Below, in pieces: positions 46,382 to 55,650 of a DNA stretch of 64,000 nucleotides. Location of the stretch: the NCBI GenBank assembly GCA_965208125.1, contig OZ242320.1, forward strand, positions 4,992,001-5,056,000, written 5' to 3'. Below the pieces are notes generated by a model. That model did not search any database. It worked only from the letters and a program-made list of their open reading frames with translations, and was not told where the DNA came from. How positions within the stretch are numbered: the first letter of the stretch is position 1; each line of letters starts with the position of its first letter. This stretch comes from Candidatus Latescibacterota bacterium. GTDB taxonomy: Bacteria > Latescibacterota > UBA2968. A program made the translations under genes and the position numbers.

Positions 46382-47827
46382 ATGCCAGACTCCCGACCAA
46401 ATATCCTGCTCATCATGACCGACCAGCAACGCGGCGACTGTATAGGTCTCGACTCGTGTAGTCCCCCGTGTCTGCAAACACCCAACCTGGACTGGATTGC
46501 CCGCACGGGCACGCACTTTCACCGCGGATACTCCGAATGCCCCAGTTGTATCCCCGCTCGCCGGTGCCTGATGACCGGCACTGCACCCGCAGCAAATGGT
46601 GTTGTCGGATTCAAAAGTGCCCAGTGGCATCCGCCTCACACCCTCGCCGGCGAATTGTCCAGGGCTGGGTATCAAACAGAAATGATCGGCAAACTCCACT
46701 TAAATCCCAAACGCAAGCGCTATGGCTTCGATCACATGCAACTGGCCGATGCCACCCGGGGCGACCACAACGACTATGTCGAATGGCTACAGCAATACCA
46801 CAACCGGAACGAAGTGCATCCCGGTATGGCCCACGGTATTTCCTCCAATGGATGGGTTGGTCGGCCACACCACTTGCCCGAAGAACAGATGCACACCTTC
46901 TGGTGTATCGACAGAGCAATGGACTTTCTCCAAAAACGCGATCCCACAGTCCCGTTTTTTCTCAACATATCCCTTATTGATCCCCATCCTCCTCTTACGC
47001 CTCCTGCCCTCTATTACGACCGCTATATCCAGCGGAACTTACCCGATCCAGTCATTGGGGACTGGGCACCTGAATTTGACGGTCCCCAAAAAGGTCTCGA
47101 TCCCAACGCCTGGCAAATTTGCCTTGACGAACACGACATGCGCTGTTCTCGTGCGGCTTATTACGGTATGATCAACTTTATAGACGACCAGATCGGTCGC
47201 CTCATCCAATATACCGGTGGTCTCAACAACTGCCTGACCATCTTCACATCTGATCACGGCGAAATGCTGGGTGACCACAATCTCTTTCGCAAAACCTGGC
47301 CCTATGAAGCGTCTGCTCGAATTCCATTTCTCATACGCGCCCCTAAAAAATGGGGATACCCCAAAGAAATAACTTGCAAAAGTCCCGTCGGCATCCAGGA
47401 CATCATGCCCACTATCCTCGATGTGGCTGGCATCGACATCCCCGATACCTGCACTGGCAAAAGTCTCCTGCCCGTCATGCAAGGCGACACTGATCGCGTG
47501 CGGGAATTTCTACACGGAGAACACGCTGGCTGCTACGAATACGACCACGGCAACCACTATGTCACAGATGGACACCACAAATACATCTGGTATTCTCAAA
47601 CGGGTGAAGAACACCTTTTCAACCTGAACGAAGACCCTCATGAAACGCGCGATATCGCACGCGAGCACGATGCGGAAAAGAGAATACAACTCTGGCGAAA
47701 TCGTCTCATCGAATTCCTCAAAGACCGTCCAGAAGGTTTTACCGATGGCACGCGCTTAATCCCCAGTCAGCCCCATAAAGAACTCCTGCCGGGCTATGAC
47801 CCCGAAGCGACCTACCCGTATTTGTGA
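46382..47827 (+). CDS. Arylsulfatase (formylglycine-dependent, Cys-type)
   Basis: 'PNILLIMTDQQR.D', CxPxR motif 'CIPAR', 'GKLH', 'PHPP', 'SDHGEMLGDH'. Confidence 0.95.
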   Translation: MPDSRPNILLIMTDQQRGDCIGLDSCSPPCLQTPNLDWIARTGTHFHRGYSECPSCIPARRCLMTGTAPAANGVVGFKSAQWHPPHTLAGELSRAGYQTEMIGKLHLNPKRKRYGFDHMQLADATRGDHNDYVEWLQQYHNRNEVHPGMAHGISSNGWVGRPHHLPEEQMHTFWCIDRAMDFLQKRDPTVPFFLNISLIDPHPPLTPPALYYDRYIQRNLPDPVIGDWAPEFDGPQKGLDPNAWQICLDEHDMRCSRAAYYGMINFIDDQIGRLIQYTGGLNNCLTIFTSDHGEMLGDHNLFRKTWPYEASARIPFLIRAPKKWGYPKEITCKSPVGIQDIMPTILDVAGIDIPDTCTGKSLLPVMQGDTDRVREFLHGEHAGCYEYDHGNHYVTDGHHKYIWYSQTGEEHLFNLNEDPHETRDIAREHDAEKRIQLWRNRLIEFLKDRPEGFTDGTRLIPSQPHKELLPGYDPEATYPYL

Positions 47828-47850
47828 GGAATCATCAATCTGTTTATCCC

Positions 47851-47880
47851 AACCGCCCGACACAACGGGCGGTTTTTTTT
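47851..47880 (+). terminator. Intrinsic terminator
   Basis: AACCGCCCG...CGGGCGGTT followed by a T-tract. Confidence 0.85.
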
Positions 47881-47921
47881 ATATCTTTTGAAGCAACTTC
47901 TGTGCATCTTAGCGGTTGAAA

Positions 47922-48026
47922 AAGAAGTAAGAAGTGAGAAGTAAGAAGTGAGAAGTCCACCCAACACTACCCCAAAGGCTGGTACTTCATCATCCTTCAT
48001 CCTTCACACTTCACCCTTCACACTTC
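47922..48026. repeat. Two inversely oriented heptamer tandem arrays
   Basis: (A/G)AGAAGT x5 at 47922-47956 and A(T/C)(C/A)CTTC x5 at 47992-48026. Confidence 0.85.
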
Positions 48027-48042
48027 CTACCGGAGACACCAA

Positions 48043-50136
48043 ATGATATTGCGAATGCTATTAATTCTCATATTCGTCGCATCAACAAATGCCGCTTGGG
48101 CAAATATCGATTCTTTGCTCATTGCAGCCTCAGATACAACGCGTGCGTTTGATGAACGCGAGTCGCTGTTAAAAGCGGCTGTTAAAAGCGACCCATTGGG
48201 ACGTGCAGCCCACGCGCTGGGGGCATTGTATATGTTGCAGGGCAAAAGTCATGTACACGATGCCGAGCGGTGGTTGAAAAGGGCGATGCAAAAACAGCCG
48301 AATAATGGAAATATCTTGACCTCGCTGGCCGAGTATTACTGGCGCATCGGGCGGCGAACAACCGCCATAGTATATGCAAAACGGGGTATTGAACGCGATC
48401 CCGACAATGTGGGACCATTGTATTGGGCGGCGCGTTTTGAGATGTGGAACATGACCCGGTATCTCAATGCCGAGCGCAAAATTGTGAATTATGGTTCGGA
48501 TTTCGATAGATACAGGAGAACGGTCAGAACATTGAGTTTGGAAAATTACGGCATTGAGGCACGCGATGCTGCCATTGGATATTTGACGCGTGCAATTGAC
48601 AAACATCCAGATCACTGGCCCTCGCATCACTTATTGGGGCTGGTCTATTACGAAGGCCGAATGGCTCATGAATTGATTTCCCTATTTGAAAATTATGTGC
48701 AACGGCATTCCAACGACGCCCATGCACATTTTTTTTTGGGATTGGGTTATCAAGCTGAGGACCGATTGCAAGATGCGTATGCCTCTTATACCAGAGGACT
48801 TGCACGTCTGGTAGAAGAAGAACAACGCTTTATGATGGGCGTGTTTGTGCTCGCCGATCCCGACTCAACTGCGCCAGATTACGCAGCCATTCGCAAATTC
48901 TGGACGGGGCGCGATCCATTGTTTTTAACCGAATACAACGAGCGATTACTCGAACACTGTCGGCGCGTGGCTTATGCTAATTTGCGATTTGGCGATCCTC
49001 TCAAAGGCATTCCCGGATGGACAACAGATAAAGGCCAGGTTTATATCCGCTATGGGCATCCAGTATCTCTGGTTGCGCGGCCTGCGGAATTTCATACCGG
49101 CGTGGATCTGCCCGGGTATATGCAGGATTATCTGGCCTGGCGGGCACGGTGGCAGATGATGTCGCATAATTACGAGCATCGGAAGGAATTGTGGCGATAC
49201 GAAGGCTTTACTATCATTTTTGAAAATACGGACACGCGCGATCACTGGAATTTCCGTCTGGGCTGGTTGGATTCTGAAATGAGTCCCCTGGGCTTTAAGA
49301 TGTTTGTCGAGCGCAAACCCGACCATTTTCGAGACCCGTACTGGCACGAGCGGTACGACGCGCCACATCAGGTAGCGCAATTTCGCGGAGAAAATGATAA
49401 AGCGCGTGTTGAAGTGTATTATGCTCTGGACGCCGATGAGGTCGAAACAAAAGACCTCCGCCCAGGCGTAAAAAGCGTTAATTTGCGCCAGGGCCTGTTC
49501 CTCTTTGACGCCCAATGGGATACTTTGCGCCGGGATATAGGTCGGGTGCAACGCATGCCCATTGTGAAGTACGATGCACTCGGCACGGGCTATTTGCTGG
49601 CAGGTGACCGGCTCAATTTAAAAGCCGGACGTTATTATCTATCGGCAGAAGTTGAGGATCGCATAACAAAATCAGTGGGCGCATTTCGAGATACGCTCGA
49701 TGTAAGACAATTTTCAAAAGAGCAACTGGACGTCAGCGATTTGTTGATCGCGAGGCGTATAGTTGAGCGCGAAGACCGTCCCTTTGGGCGCAATCGTTTT
49801 CTCGTATTATCAAATCCCCTGCGGCAATATGAACACAACGGTCAAGCCGTGGTGTATTTTGAGGTTTACAATTTACAGCGCGACAATTTTGGATCAACCC
49901 ATTACAAGCTCACCTTTCAAGTGCGAGCGCTGAGTGATGCTGGCGATGTAGAGCAGGCAGATTGGGTAACAGCTGTATCTTACGAACAACGTGGCAATCG
50001 CGACTGGGAGCCATTGTTTTTAGCTCTGGCACTGGAAAAAACCATGCCGGGACCCAAAGCACTGCGCGTGGTGGTCGAAGATTTGCAAACTCTGGAAACA
50101 GCGCGTTCTACAACGCAGTTTCGCGTGATGTGGTAA
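48043..50136 (+). CDS. GWxTD-domain protein with TPR repeats and signal peptide
   Basis: Signal peptide, TPRs, then 'FW..RDP...T..NERL.EH..RV.YAN..F.....GWTTDKG.VYIRYG.P'. Confidence 0.92.
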   Translation: MILRMLLILIFVASTNAAWANIDSLLIAASDTTRAFDERESLLKAAVKSDPLGRAAHALGALYMLQGKSHVHDAERWLKRAMQKQPNNGNILTSLAEYYWRIGRRTTAIVYAKRGIERDPDNVGPLYWAARFEMWNMTRYLNAERKIVNYGSDFDRYRRTVRTLSLENYGIEARDAAIGYLTRAIDKHPDHWPSHHLLGLVYYEGRMAHELISLFENYVQRHSNDAHAHFFLGLGYQAEDRLQDAYASYTRGLARLVEEEQRFMMGVFVLADPDSTAPDYAAIRKFWTGRDPLFLTEYNERLLEHCRRVAYANLRFGDPLKGIPGWTTDKGQVYIRYGHPVSLVARPAEFHTGVDLPGYMQDYLAWRARWQMMSHNYEHRKELWRYEGFTIIFENTDTRDHWNFRLGWLDSEMSPLGFKMFVERKPDHFRDPYWHERYDAPHQVAQFRGENDKARVEVYYALDADEVETKDLRPGVKSVNLRQGLFLFDAQWDTLRRDIGRVQRMPIVKYDALGTGYLLAGDRLNLKAGRYYLSAEVEDRITKSVGAFRDTLDVRQFSKEQLDVSDLLIARRIVEREDRPFGRNRFLVLSNPLRQYEHNGQAVVYFEVYNLQRDNFGSTHYKLTFQVRALSDAGDVEQADWVTAVSYEQRGNRDWEPLFLALALEKTMPGPKALRVVVEDLQTLETARSTTQFRVMW

Positions 50137-50323
50137 CCTCACCACTAAAAGCTCAACTCGGCTTTTGCCGCAGCAATTAAAGCCACCCAAATCAATTTTT
50201 TTTATTTTTTCTTTTTCCATTTGATTGTAACCCAATCTTCACTCGCGCTTAATACCATAGAAACAATGATACCTTATTTTTATGTGTCATTATTCTGCGT
50301 CTCGTTCAGCAAGGAGTTGGATT

Positions 50324-51172
50324 ATGGTCAACGCCTCATCTAAACAATCAGATATCAGTCTCGAATACTACCTCAAAGAACTCTCCCATTCTCACCCCCT
50401 CTCTGCAGCAGAAGAATTTGAACTCGCCGTCAAAATGAAGCGCGGTAACCTCAAAGCGCGCAATCGCCTGATCAAAGCCAACCTGCGTTTTGTGGTCAAC
50501 GTGGCTCTGAAATACCGCAATCAAGGCGTGGCCCTGGCCGATCTGATCAGTGCTGGCAATATTGGCCTCATCACAGCTACCGAACGATTTGACGAAACGC
50601 GCGGTTTCAAATTTATCTCGTATGCTGTCTGGTGGATTCGCCAGTCTATTTTACAAACGCTCGCCGAACAAGGACGCATGATCCGCTTGCCCATCAACAG
50701 ACTGGATATGCTGCGTCGGATTAAAAATTTCAGCGATCAGTATCAGTGCAATGAAGGCCGCATGCCTACAGAGGCAGAAATCGCCAATGAATTTCACATC
50801 ACCGAAGATCAGGTCAGCGATATGCTGTCTCACAGCCCGATCGTATTTTCTCTGGACAAACCGATTCAGGACGAAGATACAACCCTCATCGATTTGATGC
50901 ACGACGAAGATCAGGCCCCACCAGATGCTGCTATGTTTCACAATGCCCTGAGAGATGAAGTCAACGACCTGCTCCATACCCTGGATAATCGTGAAGCCGA
51001 CGTTATCCGTCTCTATTTTGGTCTCGATGGTTCCAGTTGGACACTTCAGGCCATAGCCAACAAATATAGCCTCACGCGCGAGCGCGTGCGCCAAATCAAA
51101 GAAAAAGCCCTGCGCAAATTGCGTCACCCCTCTCGGGGACGCAAGCTCATTGCGTATGCAGAAGCCAGCTAA
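50324..51172 (+). CDS. RNA polymerase sigma70 factor, RpoD/SigA family, lacking region 1.1
   Basis: Region 1.2 'YLKE.....L...EE', region 2 'NLRFVV.VA..Y...DLI..GN.GL...RFD..RGFKFISYAVWWIRQ', region 4 'LTRERVRQI..KAL.KLR'. ATG 50324 after AAGGAG. Confidence 0.93.
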   Translation: MVNASSKQSDISLEYYLKELSHSHPLSAAEEFELAVKMKRGNLKARNRLIKANLRFVVNVALKYRNQGVALADLISAGNIGLITATERFDETRGFKFISYAVWWIRQSILQTLAEQGRMIRLPINRLDMLRRIKNFSDQYQCNEGRMPTEAEIANEFHITEDQVSDMLSHSPIVFSLDKPIQDEDTTLIDLMHDEDQAPPDAAMFHNALRDEVNDLLHTLDNREADVIRLYFGLDGSSWTLQAIANKYSLTRERVRQIKEKALRKLRHPSRGRKLIAYAEAS

Positions 51173-51193
51173 CGCATTATCTGATAAAAAATG

Positions 51194-51232
51194 AAAAAGC
51201 CTTTGAAGCGCATATCTTCAGAGGCTTTTTTT
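51194..51232 (+). terminator. Intrinsic terminator after the sigma factor gene
   Basis: AAAAAGCCTTTGAAG...CTTCAGAGGCTTTTTTT. Confidence 0.8.
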
Positions 51233-51250
51233 AATATCTAACGCCAAAAC

Positions 51251-51279
51251 TTGATTTGTCTGAGGTTGTTATGTACATT
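51251..51279 (+). promoter_or_regulatory. Putative promoter of the nitroreductase-dsrMK-desulfurase-dsrC operon
   Basis: TTGATT-N17-TACATT. Confidence 0.55.
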
Positions 51280-51322
51280 GCTGTACATTTCCTTTTTATC
51301 GAGACCCTACAGGAGGCAAGCG

Positions 51323-51892
51323 ATGGACGTTTTGGAAGCTATTCACACGCGGCGCACAATTTTTAAGTTCAAACCGGGTGGTGTGCCCAAAGATGTGATT
51401 GAAAAAACTTTTGAGGCCGGTCTATGGGCGCCCAATCACCATTTGACAGAACCATGGCGATTTGTAGTCCTGGGAGAAGAAACCAAAGAAATACTGGCGC
51501 AACGCTACAGCGAAATTCAGGAAGAAAAAGCGGCTGAAAGTGCCAGCGACGAGGCCAGGCGCATATTAAAAGAAGCCGGTTATGCCAAGTTCATGTCAAA
51601 GCCCACAATTATTGCAGTGGCCTGTTTGCAAGATGGCGATGAGATCAAGAATAGAGAAGATTATGCGGCCGCGTGTTGCGCCATGCAAAATGTACAGTTG
51701 GCTGCCTGGGCAGAAGGGGTTGGCATGCAGTGGAGCACGGGGCCGATCACGCTGGAAGAAAACACCTACAAATTGTTGGGTGTAGATACCGAGACCGAAT
51801 ACATCATCGGATTTTTCTATACTGGATATCCCGATGAGATTCCAGAACCGAGGCGCAAACCCCTCGAAGAGGTGCTGAGCTGGACGGATTGA
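51323..51892 (+). CDS. Nitroreductase family protein (YdjA-like)
   Basis: 'AI.TRRTI..F', 'WAPNHHLTEPWRF', 'A.QN..LAA.A.G.G..WSTG'. RBS AGGAGG. Confidence 0.9.
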   Translation: MDVLEAIHTRRTIFKFKPGGVPKDVIEKTFEAGLWAPNHHLTEPWRFVVLGEETKEILAQRYSEIQEEKAAESASDEARRILKEAGYAKFMSKPTIIAVACLQDGDEIKNREDYAAACCAMQNVQLAAWAEGVGMQWSTGPITLEENTYKLLGVDTETEYIIGFFYTGYPDEIPEPRRKPLEEVLSWTD

Positions 51893-52722
51893 TTCCGCTA
51901 ACCATGAATGGCTTTGAATTTTTTGTTCTCTATCGCCTGCCCTATTTCGCATTGCCTTTTTATTTCATCATGTTGGGCGTGCGAATATGGGTGTGGATGC
52001 GGTTTTACAACCCCGCGCTCAAGCTATTGCCACGAGCCAGGGGATCTGTATATGGCGTGTGGAAGCAGCAGTACCGGCCAACCATCCACATTTTTCCCGG
52101 ATCGCGCTCACAAAGCACAGAATGGAAGCGCGCGATAAAGGGCTTTGTTTTCTTTACCGGTCTCTATAAGCGAGATAAAATACTATGGCTGGGGTCCTGG
52201 TCGCTCCATTTAGGGCTATTCCTGGTAATTGTTGCCCATGTCCGCGTGATTTTGCCGCTTGACCTGGACCTGACCTGTTTACGCGTCGCATTGATCGGCA
52301 GTGGACTGATGACAGTGTCGGGCACTTATTTGTTGCTGCGTCGAATAATCGTTCAGCGCGTGCGGGAAATTACGGACTTTCGGGACTATCTGGCGGAACT
52401 CATCCTCCTGTTCTTCTCTGCGACGGCATTTCTCGTCGTATTATATGGTGGCGTGTCATCTGAAGTCTTGCGCCACTATGTGTCTGGCCTATTGACGGGC
52501 ACAACGACAGTTATTGAAGTACAACTCATTTTTGTCTGGCACATGCTCGCTGCACAGCTCTTATTGATCGTGATCCCATTTTCCCATCTATTGCATCTGG
52601 GGGGAATTTTTTTGAGCCGCGAATTTTTGGGCACATCCGATACATTTGCAGGGGAATTTGGATCGGGATTTTCAGGATTAAAGGATGAACAAGATGAAAA
52701 ACCACTAACCACTAACCACTAA
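51889..52722 (+). CDS. dsrM: DsrM/NarI-like diheme cytochrome b membrane subunit
   Basis: About 5 TM helices; heme-ligand His pairs 'LHLGLFLVIVAH' and 'WHMLAAQLLLIVIPFSHLLH'; 'RR.....VR.I....DY..'. Start may be 51904. Confidence 0.8.
   Translation: MIPLTMNGFEFFVLYRLPYFALPFYFIMLGVRIWVWMRFYNPALKLLPRARGSVYGVWKQQYRPTIHIFPGSRSQSTEWKRAIKGFVFFTGLYKRDKILWLGSWSLHLGLFLVIVAHVRVILPLDLDLTCLRVALIGSGLMTVSGTYLLLRRIIVQRVREITDFRDYLAELILLFFSATAFLVVLYGGVSSEVLRHYVSGLLTGTTTVIEVQLIFVWHMLAAQLLLIVIPFSHLLHLGGIFLSREFLGTSDTFAGEFGSGFSGLKDEQDEKPLTTNH
52659..52695 (+). repeat. Dispersed GGAT-periodic element, copy 2
   Basis: TGGATCGGGATtttCAGGATtaaAGGATgaaCAAGAT. Confidence 0.7.
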
Positions 52723-52727
52723 CCACT
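52700..52727 (+). repeat. Perfect heptamer tandem repeat (AACCACT)4 at the dsrM/dsrK junction
   Basis: Four exact copies; they contain the dsrM stop codon and the first base of the dsrK TTG. Confidence 0.95.
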
Positions 52728-54094
52728 TGAGAATCAGAAAATTGGAAAAGCCAGATCAAATAGAACGAGAGAAAAAATACATTCCAACAGGCCTGGTTGG
52801 CACGTATATGCGGCGCATTGCCGAATCGGATCCGTTTGTCCGCGAGATCCAGGATGAACCATCGGCATTGCGTTTGTACATGGATACGTGTACCAAATGT
52901 GGGGTGTGCGCGCAGGAATGCCCGGTGTATTACGGGCAGCCCGATAAGCGTATGCATCCGGTGGAACGCTCTCGGCAAGTGATTCGTTTATACAAAAAGT
53001 ACACGACATTTTGGGGGCGATTTTGGAATGCCATTTTTCCAAAACCAGATTTCGAAAATAACGATGCCGAGTTATTTGCCGAGCGCATGTACGAGTGTCT
53101 GACGTGTCGGCGGTGTGCGGCATTTTGTCCTGTGGGGATCGATCATTCGGTGATCTCGCGCGTTGGACGCTCGCTTGTCGATTTAATGGGTTTGACGCCG
53201 CCATCCCTTGCACAGGGCACGCACAATTCGTTTGAAACAGGCAATTTGGAAGGCGCGTCAGCCGAGGCATTTTTAGATGCGATTCAATTTATCGAAGACG
53301 AACTCAAGGAAGAAACGGGACGGGATATTGCCATTCCCTTAGACCGCGAAGGCGCGGAAATTTTCTTTTTGCCACCGTCTGGCGATGTGCTGGTTTATGC
53401 TGAAAATTTAATGGGCATGGCGAAAATTTTTCACGCCATCGGTGCCGATTGGACGATGAGTTCGCGGGCATTTGACGGATCGAATTTTGGATTTACGACC
53501 GGCAATAACTTTTCAATGAAATACGAGAACAAGCACTACATCGACGCGTGCGAAAATTTGGGATGTGAGCTTCTGGTAATGGGTGAATGCGGGCATGCGT
53601 ATCGGGTGATGAAGTTTATGGCCAGCGAAGGACGCTGGTGGGGCGCATTGCCTTTTGAGATTACCAGTGGCTTTGAATATACGGCACAACTTATTCGCAC
53701 AGGCAAATTGAAATTAGATCCGGGTAAAAATCCCGATCCCGTGACCTATCACGACGCCTGCCAATTTGCTGCCGGGTGTGGGATTGTCGAGGAACCCAGA
53801 GCGATTTTAAAAGCTGCCTGTGCCGATTACCGCGAGATGCCCGATGGCGGATATACGCAGTGGTGTTGCGGTGGTGGCGGTGGGTTATCGGCTCTGCGCT
53901 CGGTGCGCGCGTTTCGGATGGAGGTCTCGGGCAAAAAGAAAGCAGAGCAAATGCGCGAGACCGATGCGAAAATCGTATCGACCTCGTGTTTGCAGTGCCG
54001 CACACAACTCAAAGAAATCGCGCGCCATCACAAAATGCCACTAAGAATTACGGGTGTACACGAGTTGGTAAACAATGCGATTGTACTGGAATAG
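52727..54094 (+). CDS. dsrK: DsrK/HdrD-like Fe-S protein (heterodisulfide-reductase-like catalytic subunit)
   Basis: Two [4Fe-4S] motifs CTKCGVCAQECP and CLTCRRCAAFCP; DsrK-type 'G.NFG' and 'GECGHAYR'; CCG domain 'HDAC...WCCGGGGG...SCLQC'. Start uncertain. Confidence 0.82.
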   Translation: MRIRKLEKPDQIEREKKYIPTGLVGTYMRRIAESDPFVREIQDEPSALRLYMDTCTKCGVCAQECPVYYGQPDKRMHPVERSRQVIRLYKKYTTFWGRFWNAIFPKPDFENNDAELFAERMYECLTCRRCAAFCPVGIDHSVISRVGRSLVDLMGLTPPSLAQGTHNSFETGNLEGASAEAFLDAIQFIEDELKEETGRDIAIPLDREGAEIFFLPPSGDVLVYAENLMGMAKIFHAIGADWTMSSRAFDGSNFGFTTGNNFSMKYENKHYIDACENLGCELLVMGECGHAYRVMKFMASEGRWWGALPFEITSGFEYTAQLIRTGKLKLDPGKNPDPVTYHDACQFAAGCGIVEEPRAILKAACADYREMPDGGYTQWCCGGGGGLSALRSVRAFRMEVSGKKKAEQMRETDAKIVSTSCLQCRTQLKEIARHHKMPLRITGVHELVNNAIVLE

Positions 54095-54104
54095 CCGATA
54101 GCTC

Positions 54105-55322
54105 ATGTCTCATTTAATTTACATGGACAACGCGGCGACGACGTTTCCAAAGCCCCCTACTGTGCTGGAAGACGCGCTGGCGTTCTATCGAAAATACGGG
54201 GTAAACCCCGGGCGCAGTGGCACAGATCTGGCGAGAGAGGCCGAGGATATGGTTGCCGAGACGCGGGCATCGCTCGCTTCGTTTTTTGGCGCCACGGGCA
54301 GTCCCGATCGGCTTGTGTTTACACACAATGCCTCGGATGCGCTGAATATTGCGATTCAGGGCACGTTGAAATCCGGCGATCATGTAATTACAACATGTCT
54401 GGATCACAATTCGGTTTTGCGCCCGATTTACCATCTCTCAAAATACGAGGGAATTGAGGCGACTTATGTGGGCTTTGGGACAAATGGCTTTATCGACCCG
54501 GAGGATATTGCCAGGGCGATCAGGCCAAACACAAAACTCGTAGTGATGACCCATGCATCCAATGTATTGGGCACTGTGCAACCCGTAGCGGCAGTCGGCG
54601 CGATCTGCCGCGCACGCGGCGTAATTTTCTGCGTTGATGTGGCGCAAACAGCGGGCATGTTGCCCATTGATATGGAGGCGATGCACGCCGATATTCTGTG
54701 TTTTACCGGCCACAAGTCACTCATGGGACCAACGGGTACTGGTGGGATGTACGTGCGCGAAGGCGTGACAATTGCACCGTTGCGATACGGCGGAACGGGT
54801 GTGCGGTCGGAGTATCCCGATCACCTCGACGAGTATCCCTGGCGGTTGGAGTGTGGCACGGGCAATCTGATGGGCATTGCGGGGTTGTTATACGCGCAAA
54901 AATGGATGCTACGAGAAGGCGTGAAAAATATTCATGCACGCGAGATGGCTTTGTTTAAACAACTGGTCAATGGTCTGCACGAAGTCGATGGGACCATTTT
55001 GTATTGCGCTGAAAATCACGAACAACACGTGCCAGTATTGTCGGTCAATATCGAAGGGATGACAGCAAATAATGTGGGTACATTGCTGGATGTGAAGTTC
55101 AATGTGGCAACGCGCACGGGGTTGCTATGCGCGCCAAAGGTACATGAAACCCTGGGCACGAAAGCATTGAAGGGTACGGTGCGCCTTTCGTTGGGTCCCT
55201 TCAATACTGAAGCACAGATTGAGACTGTGATCGAAGGCTTGAGCGATATTTCCCAACGGCACGGACGACGCGATGTACAATTGCACCAGCAGGTAAAAGG
55301 TCAGGTGCGGAATGGCGTATGA
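54105..55322 (+). CDS. Cysteine desulfurase family protein (class V aminotransferase)
   Basis: 'YMDNAATTFPKP', 'HASNVLG', 'D.AQTAG', PLP Lys in 'TGHKSLMGP.GTG', catalytic Cys in 'RTGLLCAP'. Confidence 0.92.
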   Translation: MSHLIYMDNAATTFPKPPTVLEDALAFYRKYGVNPGRSGTDLAREAEDMVAETRASLASFFGATGSPDRLVFTHNASDALNIAIQGTLKSGDHVITTCLDHNSVLRPIYHLSKYEGIEATYVGFGTNGFIDPEDIARAIRPNTKLVVMTHASNVLGTVQPVAAVGAICRARGVIFCVDVAQTAGMLPIDMEAMHADILCFTGHKSLMGPTGTGGMYVREGVTIAPLRYGGTGVRSEYPDHLDEYPWRLECGTGNLMGIAGLLYAQKWMLREGVKNIHAREMALFKQLVNGLHEVDGTILYCAENHEQHVPVLSVNIEGMTANNVGTLLDVKFNVATRTGLLCAPKVHETLGTKALKGTVRLSLGPFNTEAQIETVIEGLSDISQRHGRRDVQLHQQVKGQVRNGV

Positions 55323-55635
55323 GATTGTGACGTTGGGCGGCAAAGAAATTGAGGTGGATGAGGATGGGTTTATCCAACAGCCCGAGCGTTGGGACGAAGA
55401 TGTGGCGCGCGATCTGGCCCGGCAAGATGGTATTGAAGAGATGACCAAAGATCATTGGCAGGTAGTGTATTATATCCGCAATTATTGGTTGAAATTCGAA
55501 ATCGCTCCATTGATCCGCCGCCTGTGCAAAGAGACAGAGAAAGATATCGATACGATTTACGATCTGTTTTCCGCAGGTCCTGCAGATGGCGCGTGTAAAA
55601 TCGCGGGTTTGCCAACGCCAACGGGGTGTACGTGA
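55312..55635 (+). CDS. dsrC: DsrC/TusE family sulfur relay protein with both C-terminal cysteines
   Basis: 'DEDGF...W....A..LA...GI......HW.V..Y.R'; C-terminus 'GP..GACKIAGLPTPTGCT' (C-x10-C). Confidence 0.9.
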   Translation: MAYEIVTLGGKEIEVDEDGFIQQPERWDEDVARDLARQDGIEEMTKDHWQVVYYIRNYWLKFEIAPLIRRLCKETEKDIDTIYDLFSAGPADGACKIAGLPTPTGCT

Positions 55636-55650
55636 CCGATAAAAATAAGT

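Noticed and set aside
47922-48026. CRISPR array
   Set aside because: The units are 7-bp tandem repeats without unique spacers, and there are no cas genes.
55633-55635. Selenocysteine read-through at the dsrC TGA
   Set aside because: DsrC normally ends one residue after the terminal Cys, as here; a terminator follows and no SECIS-like hairpin was seen.
51889-55635. Evidence that the organism is a sulfate reducer or sulfur oxidiser
   Set aside because: dsrAB, aprAB, sat, qmo and dsrEFH are not in the window; dsrMKC alone does not establish this.
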